A stretch of 64,000 bases of DNA from the sequence record NC_048673.1, one strand, 5' to 3'. Below are positions 1 to 8,826 of this stretch, one piece after another. A program made the position numbers and the translations under genes. The stretch's first letter is position 1. Each line of letters begins with the position of its first letter. The notes beneath the pieces were generated by a model. The model saw only the letters and a list, made by a program, of their open reading frames with translations. It made no database searches and was not told where the DNA came from.

Positions 1-327
1 CTTCGGTGAGTCATTTGTTTTACTATGTGTATATCGAAACGACGGAGGTTCTTATGGTAAACGAAATGATGAATGCAATCGCTGTCAAGCTGGAAGAAGC
101 AAAATCCAAAAAGCGTCAAGGTCTGGTTTATCGCAACGCATATGCGGTACTGGAAAACGGCCCGGATAGTTCTGACTATGTTGTTTCGGTCCACGTAGAG
201 TCTACCGACGAATATGATGGAAAAGCGCGTGATGAAGCTCAACGCCGAGCTGATGCAATGCAATATGAGCTTGGATATCTTGGTTACGGTTATACTGTTG
301 TTCGTGTTGAAGTCTAAGGAGAATATT

Positions 328-624
328 ATGGAAATCACCATCACCCTGCGCGAAGCTTTCGAATCCGTTAAATGTTTGTCCAAGAAATTTGATGTTTCTG
401 ACTGGGATTATGTTGATAACATGAATACCCTCTCCAACATCTACATCGCTGTTCCTATGGGTGAGGATGAGATCCGGGGTTATATTGATTCCGCCATTCG
501 TAATATCGATGATGCAAAAACTGTTTTTGACCGTGGTGATTCTTATGAGGATGATCTGATTGGTATTCACCTTGATATGGCTCTGGTAAATCTCCGGGCT
601 GCAATTTATTACGCTTCCAAGTAA
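328..624 (+). CDS. Hypothetical helical protein, paralogue of 22952..23269
   Basis: RBS AAGGAG before ATG 328; C-terminus IHLDMALVNLRAAIYYASK. Confidence 0.7.
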   Translation: MEITITLREAFESVKCLSKKFDVSDWDYVDNMNTLSNIYIAVPMGEDEIRGYIDSAIRNIDDAKTVFDRGDSYEDDLIGIHLDMALVNLRAAIYYASK

Positions 625-1458
625 GGAATCAATATGAAACTGAAATTCAAATCCCCTATTATCCGCTCCAAATTCATGTCTCGTTTTGGATTGACTGAAT
701 GGGGTAAGAAAGCCATTGATGCCATTGAGAATGGTGCTAATTGGCAGAAGGAAACTAAGTATGATGGTTATTACACACGGGATTACTCGTTTGGTAAGGA
801 CTATCTGACCATCATAGAAAGTGCATCTTATTTTGAAGTTGTTCTGGAAGAAAACGCTTGGTTGATTGCTAATGAATATGGAGCTGTTACAACCACAGAT
901 GAGAAGGTTGCAGAACACTATTCTATCACCAATAAAACCCCTATGGTGGAAGTTCCATTTATTCGCGTTGATGGTGAGTTGTATGTGTCTATCAATGAGG
1001 TTAAGATGGATGAATCTGTACAAGCTCAAATCGATAAGCGAATCAAGAAACAGGAAGTTGCCAATAAAGCTGGTATGACAGTACAAGAAATGGAAAATCT
1101 TTTTCGGAATTGATTGACTCCATTTGGTGATCTGGTAATATACACATATACCCACTGAGGAAGAAAAGGAAATTGCCATGAACTACGTCGCTTCCCTTGC
1201 CAAGAAAGTTATCAACGTTGCAGAGAACAATATCACTGATGAAGTGTATGATGCAGCTCAAACCGTGTGTGGTGTCGATTATGACTGGGCTTGCGAAATG
1301 ATTTATCTCGGTGATGTGGAAGAATGTATCGAGGTTATCCGGGCTTATATGGAGTTCCTGAATTGCTTCCCTGCTCAATATTGGATTAGCGATCTGAAAG
1401 ATGAGATGGAAGAAATCAAAAATCTTTTGAAAAATTGATTGACTCTGAAAGCGTGTTT

Positions 1459-1490
1459 TGAGATACTAGCTTTGTCGGGAAATGGTTCCC
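1459..1490 (+). repeat. Promoter -10 plus stem-loop cassette, copy 1
   Basis: TGAGATACTAGCTTTGTCGGGAAATGGTTCCC; 30/32 identical to 23302..23333; hairpin GGGAA-ATGG-TTCCC. Confidence 0.8.
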
Positions 1491-1511
1491 TCTCTTAAAA
1501 AGGAAATTGTC

Positions 1512-1730
1512 ATGACTGCACAAATCTTCTTCGCCACTCGTTCCGCTGCTCGTGTTGCTGGTTTTGGTAAAATGACTGACAACGGTACTCAGGCCACCAA
1601 TCGTTGGGCTCGTACTGTTGATGTGAAATCTACCGGGAACAAAACCCTGTCTGTTGGTCGTGGTGTTCGCAAGAACGGTTGCAAGGCCGTTACCATCATC
1701 ACCAAGAAAGCAAAAACTCTGGTTCACTAA
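1512..1730 (+). CDS. Small basic hypothetical protein
   Basis: RBS AAGGA before ATG 1512; K/R-rich; follows promoter and stem-loop. Confidence 0.7.
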   Translation: MTAQIFFATRSAARVAGFGKMTDNGTQATNRWARTVDVKSTGNKTLSVGRGVRKNGCKAVTIITKKAKTLVH

Positions 1731-1741
1731 GGAAAACTGAT

Positions 1742-1984
1742 ATGAAGATTCGTTTCAAAGATACCGACGCTCAATATGAATTCGTGTGTATGTCTGATGC
1801 AAATTCAGCTATTGCAGAGTATATGGGAATGGATACCCATGACGCCATTTCGTATGAAGAGTGTGGACAAACCATCATTGCTCTGGTAGACGTTAACGGC
1901 GACCCAATCACTGTTGGTGAATTCGACCAGTGGGAAGCACAGGTACATCAAGGTGAACAACAGTTCTTTATCATTGAGGAATAA
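1742..1984 (+). CDS. MKIRFK-family paralogue 1
   Basis: MKIRFKDTDAQYEF...ANSAIAEYMGMDTHDA; start moved to ATG 1742 after AAGGA. Confidence 0.75.
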   Translation: MKIRFKDTDAQYEFVCMSDANSAIAEYMGMDTHDAISYEECGQTIIALVDVNGDPITVGEFDQWEAQVHQGEQQFFIIEE

Positions 1985-2437
1985 TTTAGTGTCAAAGACC
2001 AATCACATTCCGAGCATAAAAAGCGTCTGGGACCAAGGCCGTCATCCAGCAAACTCACGAATCATTGGCCTTGAATCATTAGCACGAAGTGGTTCAACTA
2101 GTGAGGTAAGGCGCAAGGCTATTGTGGCACTAAAGAGGGATTTCGGAATTGAATTCAAGGGGTGAATACTGTTCGCCAACTATTAGAGGAATAAGATATG
2201 CTGAACAAGAAATTCAAAATCATCGAAGAAGTAAGCCCTATCATGAAATCAGAGTTTCCACTGATGGTAGTTGGTAACTATTTCACAGTAAAAGAAACCC
2301 TCAAGACGGGCTACACCGAAGGGATTACGGTGATTGAGATGGATGATGGTACTATCTACAATATCCAAGATAGCTCAATGTCTTGGTGTTTCTATACCAT
2401 TGGTATGATCCCGTGGCGTCTGGTGGAGATTAAGTAA

Positions 2438-2686
2438 ATGAAAATTCGTTTTAAAGATGAACAAGCCCGTCAGGAATTCTCTAATTGTCGTGCTAACGTT
2501 GCTATTGCATACTATATGGGAATGGATACCCACGAAGCATATAACCATTGTAGCGGGGATATTGGGCTGATAGACGATAATAATTGTGGTATCATTATTC
2601 CAGATCCATATATCTCTGGGTTTGATGGATGGAATGCGGTTATCCATAAGGGTGAGCGTCGTTACTTTGTTATTGAAGGGGAATAA
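2438..2686 (+). CDS. MKIRFK-family paralogue 2
   Basis: MKIRFKDEQARQEF...ANVAIAYYMGMDTHEA. Confidence 0.75.
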   Translation: MKIRFKDEQARQEFSNCRANVAIAYYMGMDTHEAYNHCSGDIGLIDDNNCGIIIPDPYISGFDGWNAVIHKGERRYFVIEGE

Positions 2687-2689
2687 GAT

Positions 2690-2986
2690 ATGAAGATCCG
2701 TTTCAAGTCAGAACAGCATCTACGCGATTTTAAAGCTGCATCGGTAGAAAATTTGGAAATCGCGGATTTTATGAGAATGCACCCAGTTGAAGTAGTTAAG
2801 ATCCATGGTCATTACTACATCGAAACAGACATTCTTGATTGTACTCTCATCCTTGAATCCGAACACGATTTCTTTGATTGGATTGAAGATGATCCCAAAA
2901 CCCTTTTTGATATCATGTTAGAAAAGAAGGCTGAATACGACAAGGCTTTCAACGACTACATCCAATCGGTTAAAGAAAACAGTTGA
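2690..2986 (+). CDS. MKIRFK-family paralogue 3 with C-terminal coiled coil
   Basis: MKIRFKSEQHLRDF...ENLEIADFMRM; tail LFDIMLEKKAEYDKA. Confidence 0.75.
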   Translation: MKIRFKSEQHLRDFKAASVENLEIADFMRMHPVEVVKIHGHYYIETDILDCTLILESEHDFFDWIEDDPKTLFDIMLEKKAEYDKAFNDYIQSVKENS

Positions 2987-3289
2987 CCATCTATTAGGTT
3001 ATCTGTATATTGGTACTTGTCCCACTATCAAAAGGAAATTTAAATGGATATTCGTACCATCTATTACTCATTCGTTGATAAAGGTTATACCAATCCAACT
3101 CATAACCTCTTTGTTCCTGTTGAGAATCTTTCCTCTACCAATCACAAAGTAAAAATGTCAGTTGCTAATACCAACTCAAATCTGGCCTTTACTTACGAGG
3201 ACGATTCAGGTATTCTCAACGTGTACATTGATGGGGAAGTAGATTTCATTCCCAACGGTAAAGCCCAAGATAATAAAGGAGAATAAATT

Positions 3290-3661
3290 ATGACAGATAT
3301 TATGCGTATCCGTTTCCTCAGCGAAAAGGACAAAGAACATTTTGTATCCCGCAGTGTACACGCAAACACCCACATCGCCAAACATATGGGTATGGATTGG
3401 AATCGTGTATCATTCAATGGTCGTCGTTGGTCTCTGGTGGATGAGAACAATAAGGATGTGGTTATTGGTGGTATTGATGTTGCCACTACTATCCTTCCTT
3501 TGGAATATCAATTTTTCGAATGGGATATTCTCCCAGTAGAAAATAAACCTTCCATTAAATCTCTCTGGGATATTGCACAACAGAAGAAAGCAGAGTATGA
3601 TGATGCTATGGTTGAATACAACAAAGCAGTAATGGAGAAGCTTGATGAAAGTGCGATTTAA
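3290..3661 (+). CDS. MKIRFK-family paralogue 4 with C-terminal coiled coil
   Basis: MRIRFLSEKDKEHF...ANTHIAKHMGMD; tail LWDIAQQKKAEYDDA. Confidence 0.75.
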   Translation: MTDIMRIRFLSEKDKEHFVSRSVHANTHIAKHMGMDWNRVSFNGRRWSLVDENNKDVVIGGIDVATTILPLEYQFFEWDILPVENKPSIKSLWDIAQQKKAEYDDAMVEYNKAVMEKLDESAI

Positions 3662-3902
3662 AAATATCGAATCCAAGTATGCGTTTACCACTGGTGGACG
3701 AGCTAATATGTCTATCGCAGAATACATGGGTAACGATTTCCATGAAGCTCAAACGTGCTTTGATGGAAGCATCGAACTCGTGGATAGTAAAGGGAATAAT
3801 ATTACTCTCAATACGTATGGTAAAGCGGTTCCGGATAATGGGTGGAATGCTTGCTTCTTTGAAGATGAAACTCAATATTTGGAGATGCATTATGAAGATT
3901 AA
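3645..3902 (+). CDS. MKIRFK-family paralogue 5
   Basis: MKVRFKNIESKYAF...ANMSIAEYMGND. Confidence 0.7.
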   Translation: MKVRFKNIESKYAFTTGGRANMSIAEYMGNDFHEAQTCFDGSIELVDSKGNNITLNTYGKAVPDNGWNACFFEDETQYLEMHYED

Positions 3903-4227
3903 GTTTAAAGACGAACAATCTCGACTCAATTTCCGACAGTGTGACAATCTTAATAAAGATATAGAATTTAAGATTGGTAATGAACCACATGAAGTAATCC
4001 AGAATGAACATGGTTGGTATCTCTCCAATGATGGATTAAAAATAATCATCAATGGGTTTTATGCTTTCATCAGTTCCCGCGAAATGAAGTATTTTGATAT
4101 TGTTGAAGACAGTATCAATCCCATGGATACCATTGAAGCTCTATGGGACGATGTACAAGAAAAGAAAGCTGCTTTTGAACGTAGCTTGGAACTTTACCAC
4201 GCTGAATATAATCGAATGTTCCGCTGA
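3892..4227 (+). CDS. MKIRFK-family paralogue 6 with C-terminal coiled coil
   Basis: MKIKFKDEQSRLNF...NKDIEFKIGNE; tail LWDDVQEKKAAFERS; start moved to ATG 3892. Confidence 0.7.
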   Translation: MKIKFKDEQSRLNFRQCDNLNKDIEFKIGNEPHEVIQNEHGWYLSNDGLKIIINGFYAFISSREMKYFDIVEDSINPMDTIEALWDDVQEKKAAFERSLELYHAEYNRMFR

Positions 4228-5147
4228 ATCATCAAACGATCATGAGAGGGGTAAAATGCACTTTTTTGGTGCATTTTCTTTTTATACAACCATCAAAACA
4301 TTTTCTCTCTATCCCTTGTGGTATAAGGGATTCTGTTAATATTCTTTCACATTATTTCATAACTTTTCATATCTGTTAACATTCTTTCATATTTTGATAA
4401 TGTTTGGTTCTTAAATTAAAAAGTTTGATTCTGGAACAAAAAAGTGTGGACACACATTAGGTGATGTAGTACCATGTTCTTACTGACTGATTGGAGATAG
4501 ATATGAAAAACATTCGTGAAATTGCTGCTGAAATGAAAACCCTGCTGAACTCCCGTGGTTATGGTATCACTTCTGTTTTTGGTATGTATCTTGATAACAA
4601 TGCTATGATGGTTATCAAAGGCCGTGAGTTGGAAAAGGTAGCGCGTGACTTTGCGTTAGTTCGTGGTATTCATTCTATTGTTATCGCAGAAGAACTTTGC
4701 TATGATAATGTTGACTTTGAAGACCCGACTAGTGAAGCTGAGTTGGTTCGTGTGTTGAAGTGCTGCATTGACTATGTGGAGTAAGATATGGAATGGGTTA
4801 TTGGTGTTGTTGTTGCTCTGGTGTGGTGTTTCTTGATGTTTGCTTATATCACTGAAAACAAGTTTAAGAACGAGCGGTATTCTATTCGCGATTGGTTGAA
4901 GTATCATGGATTTGGTGTTCATATTCATCGCAATGACTTTCTTCTTGATAGTTGTCAAATGGTTCGTCTTGGTGGTATATCTCAATGTAATAAATGTCTT
5001 TCTTGGGTTGTGTACTGGAAACTGTACAATATCCGTCGAAAGAAATTGAGTCGTGAAGATACTATTAAGAAACTGAATGCGTTGGTTAATGGTATGGTTG
5101 TTGAGCGTGTAGAGCGTGAGAGTAAGAAAGATTTTTGGAAGGATTAG

Positions 5148-5456
5148 ATGAAGAATCTCATTGCTTTATTGGCTGTGATTGGTTTGGTTGGTTGTGTTCC
5201 CAAAGTAGTTCATCAAGAAACTTATCGAGATACTGTTGTTGTTACTGAGTTTGTGAAGAGGCATAAGCGACAGCGGATTAAGGTACGAACATCTGATGGT
5301 ATTTTGATTAATCAATATGTTGCTAAACGCTGTAGTGGGTGTTATGCTTATAAGGGTGATAAGTTCTCTGTGACTGTTACCAAGAAAACTTGGGATGATG
5401 GTGATGTTACTTATAGTATCAACCGTTATGAGACTAAAGAATTTTTGAGGAAATGA
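5148..5456 (+). CDS. Predicted lipoprotein, CxGCY family copy 1
   Basis: Signal peptide with lipobox LVG-C; motif CSGCYAYKGDK. Confidence 0.8.
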   Translation: MKNLIALLAVIGLVGCVPKVVHQETYRDTVVVTEFVKRHKRQRIKVRTSDGILINQYVAKRCSGCYAYKGDKFSVTVTKKTWDDGDVTYSINRYETKEFLRK

Positions 5457-6046
5457 TTATGACTGCTGCTGAATTGGTAAAGGCCGTTCGTGAGAAAGAA
5501 CAAGCTCGTGTAGAACTTCGTAAGGCTATCGTGCAAGGGATTTATGATGAGACGGTTGAATCCATGCTCGATCAAGATGAATTAGAAACAGACCTCAGTA
5601 TTTATAATATCGAGCGCATTTGTAATACTGAACTTGATGGGGTTATGTTCTATGATCTTATCCGTGATGACATTATCCCGTTGTTTGTTAAGAATGGTTT
5701 CTCTGCTGTTTGGAATGAGGATGAAGGCGATAACCGTATTTTGATTTGGGCACCTATTGGAGAATAATATGAAAGTTATTGACTATATCAAAATGTATCC
5801 TAACGCTTATGCATGTGCTTGTGTTGAACGTTCGCATACTACTCCCAATTATGTTAACTATCTTAACCATTGTGCACTGGCTACTTTTATCAATGCAGGT
5901 AGTTGGGATAAGGTTGAGGATTTGATTAACAGCTCTGATTACTATAAGCCTCTTGAGGGTGTTGTTCTTGTTGCGGCTGATTATATGGATGATGACAATG
6001 ATGATCGCTGGAAAGCTTATGATGCATATCAATCAGGGGAAATTGT

Positions 6047-6358
6047 GTGAAAGCACTAATTGTTGGTCTAACTTTGTTATTGGTTGGGTGTGTGCCTGTT
6101 TCTGTGGTTAACACTTTTAGCGTTAGGGAATCAGTAACCGTTATCAAATGGGATCCTGTCAATCGGTATATTAGCTTTGTTTCTGATAGTGGATTGGTAG
6201 TGACTAACGTTTACATCTGGGACGCATGTAAGGGGTGTTATTCTATCATTGGTGATAAGATGAATGTTACTATCACCCAACAGGTGAAAAGCGACAATAC
6301 AACCGAACTTGTTGTAGATCCAAACGAGGTCGGAAAGCAGATGAGAAAGTTTAAATGA
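6047..6358 (+). CDS. Predicted lipoprotein, CxGCY family copy 2
   Basis: Lipobox LVG-C; motif CKGCYSIIGDK. Confidence 0.8.
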   Translation: MKALIVGLTLLLVGCVPVSVVNTFSVRESVTVIKWDPVNRYISFVSDSGLVVTNVYIWDACKGCYSIIGDKMNVTITQQVKSDNTTELVVDPNEVGKQMRKFK

Positions 6359-6593
6359 AGAAAAAATATAGTCAGAAAGAGATAAACGCGCTACTTAAAC
6401 TTGCTAAGGGTATCAAGGCCGGTGACCAGATTGAAGCAACTGACAAGATGCTCTCTGACTTGGGTAAGATTTCTTTTCCATTGTTTCGTGAGCCTTGTAC
6501 TGGTAAAATGTTTTTTGCGTGGAGAGGCTGTTCATATGTATTCAAAGACCGTATTAATGAGATGCTTGATTCACTGAGAATGGAATAAAGTAG

Positions 6594-6635
6594 TTGCATC
6601 GGTCTTTGGTTATGGTATTATATCTACATCGAAAC
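6594..6635 (+). promoter_or_regulatory. Early promoter cassette, exact 42-nt repeat copy 1
   Basis: TTGCATCGGTCTTTGGTTATGGTATTATATCTACATCGAAAC: -35 TTGCAT, extended -10 TGGTATTAT; identical to 7089..7130. Confidence 0.85.
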
Positions 6636-7088
6636 AAAGGAGACTGTTATGAAAATCGAATGCGAATTCAAAGCCGTACCCAACAATACCAAGTTTTACG
6701 TTCTTCGTTATGTTGGTGCACCAACCAGTGACTCTATTAGTTTCTTCAAGGGTGATTCTAATATTTGTCATGATGTATATGGTGAGTGGAAAACCCCGGT
6801 CGATTTTGATAACACTCATCCATGTTGGTATTTTAAGGATTGATAATGAATGTAATTGTACGCGAAACGAATCATGGGAAGGATTTGATCTATTCCCATG
6901 ATAATGGATTTACTCGCCACGTTGTTCAAATTTATGATGGTGGTTACGCTTGTTATCTTAATGAGAGTCGATGCTTTAAGAGAAAAACACACGAGGTGAT
7001 GATGACTCAATGTGGTATTGATCCAAAAGAGATTAATCCTTTACCATGGAACTCTGATGCATATTATCGAAATTGTGTGATTTAGTAC

Positions 7089-7130
7089 TTGCATCGGTCT
7101 TTGGTTATGGTATTATATCTACATCGAAAC
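7089..7130 (+). promoter_or_regulatory. Early promoter cassette, exact 42-nt repeat copy 2
   Basis: Identical to 6594..6635. Confidence 0.85.
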
Positions 7131-7155
7131 GAGATACCTAACTGAGGAAGAGATT

Positions 7156-7503
7156 ATGAAACACGTACTGATTGCTCTGGTTGCTTTGTTCGTTCTGGTT
7201 GGTTGCAAAAAAGAAGTTAGCGAAGTTTCTTTCGTTGATACTGTGACTGTTACCAAGTTCGTTAAGAAGCATTCCGATAGCCAGCGTGTGAGCGTTACCA
7301 CTTCCGAAGGTATCGAGATGAACAACCACGTTGTTTCTCAGAAGGGTACAAACTGCCTTGGTTGCTATGCTAAAGCTGGTGATAAGCTGGAAGTCACTGT
7401 TAAGAAAACTACCTATGAGGATGGTTCTGTTCATTACTCTTTCAATAAATCTGAAATGAAAACCGCTCTGAAACTGAACCGTCGTAACAACTATGCCAAC
7501 TAA
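7156..7503 (+). CDS. Predicted lipoprotein, CxGCY family copy 3
   Basis: Lipobox LVG-C; motif CLGCYAKAGDK. Confidence 0.8.
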   Translation: MKHVLIALVALFVLVGCKKEVSEVSFVDTVTVTKFVKKHSDSQRVSVTTSEGIEMNNHVVSQKGTNCLGCYAKAGDKLEVTVKKTTYEDGSVHYSFNKSEMKTALKLNRRNNYAN

Positions 7504-7971
7504 GGGGGTAATGATGAAACTAATTGAACTGATTGAGATTGTTAGTAGTGGACAGTCTGAGGTTTTGGTTGACCAATCTGGCTTTCATAATGTCTTAACC
7601 AAGCTTGGTATTAATGATTGTGTGTTTGAGGACTTCATCGAAGCAGAAATTTGGGTAGAGAAAAACATTGTTCTTCATAAGGTGGATGGAGTTATCTATC
7701 TGTTCTATAAGGATTTGTATCTCGCTAAATGGAATTCCTATTGCAATCAATCTGGTTGTAATCTGTGTAACCGCGCTACACTTGAAAGTAAACAAAACCG
7801 TAACATTTCTAAGTTCATGTATGACCTGATGGAACTGTATATGGACAAAGATGTTTATAAACAAAATCCATTCAAAAACTTGGAAATGAATGACGAAATT
7901 TAGTTGACGGGGTATCCCATTTATGGGATACTCTTTTTGTCGATTGGGACATAACTATTGAGGAAGAAATC

Positions 7972-8826
7972 ATGACTATGAACAAATGGGAATCTCAAGG
8001 TGTTGGTAAGGCTCCGTTCCGTTGTGTTGGTATGTTCAAGATGCCTAACAAGGATACTGCAACTATGCAGGATTATGCGGCACTCCCTCAAGGTTATGGT
8101 GCTGGCTCCTGTCATGTGTGTGGTACTGGTATCATTTACAACTACATGATCCACGATGCAGACGGCCAGAAATTCGTGGTTGGTTGTGAGTGTGTGAACT
8201 ACACCAACGACACAACTCTGATTGATGCTGTCAAGGCCGAGCGTAAAGCTTTCAACAACGCACAGAAGGCCGCAGAAACTCGCAAACGCAACGAAGAGGA
8301 ACGAGCGCGTAATGGTGGTCTAACTGATAAAGAAATGGCTCAGAAGGCCGTACAGGACGAATGGGACGCAAAGCGTAAAGTTTATCGTGAGACCAACAAA
8401 GAACTGTTCGATGCTGGGTTGGCTACTGGTTACGAATGGATTGAAGAGATCATCGAATCCTGTATCCATTACTGCTCTATGTCCGAGGCCCAAAAGACTG
8501 CAATTGAAAACGGTATTGCTGACTTTGAGTTCAAGAAAAATCAGTTGAATGAATTCTTTGGTGCTGTTGGTGATCGGGTGAAGAAAGTAGAACTCACCAC
8601 CACTTTTGAGATGTGTGTTAAACAGGCTCAATATTACGGTGATTATGATGTTTACCTCGCTGTGTTGATTGACGCGGAAGGTCGGACTTACAAATACATG
8701 GGTTCGTCTTTGAAGTCCATCCCAACCAAGGGTTCTACCGCTGTTATGTCATTCTCTATCAAGGCTCACGAAGAATATAAAGGGGTCAACCAGACTGTAA
8801 TCCAGCGCCCCAAAATGCACGATTGA
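7972..8826 (+). CDS. Putative nucleic-acid-binding protein: N-terminal Zn-finger, coiled coil, C-terminal OB-like domain
   Basis: CHVC...GCEC; charged helical middle; FFGAVGDRV...HEEYKGVNQTVIQRPK tail typical of phage OB-fold proteins. Confidence 0.55.
   Translation: MTMNKWESQGVGKAPFRCVGMFKMPNKDTATMQDYAALPQGYGAGSCHVCGTGIIYNYMIHDADGQKFVVGCECVNYTNDTTLIDAVKAERKAFNNAQKAAETRKRNEEERARNGGLTDKEMAQKAVQDEWDAKRKVYRETNKELFDAGLATGYEWIEEIIESCIHYCSMSEAQKTAIENGIADFEFKKNQLNEFFGAVGDRVKKVELTTTFEMCVKQAQYYGDYDVYLAVLIDAEGRTYKYMGSSLKSIPTKGSTAVMSFSIKAHEEYKGVNQTVIQRPKMHD

Noticed and set aside
202-1179. 325-aa minus-strand ORF
   Set aside because: Antisense shadow of three well-formed + strand genes with RBSs; no motif or RBS
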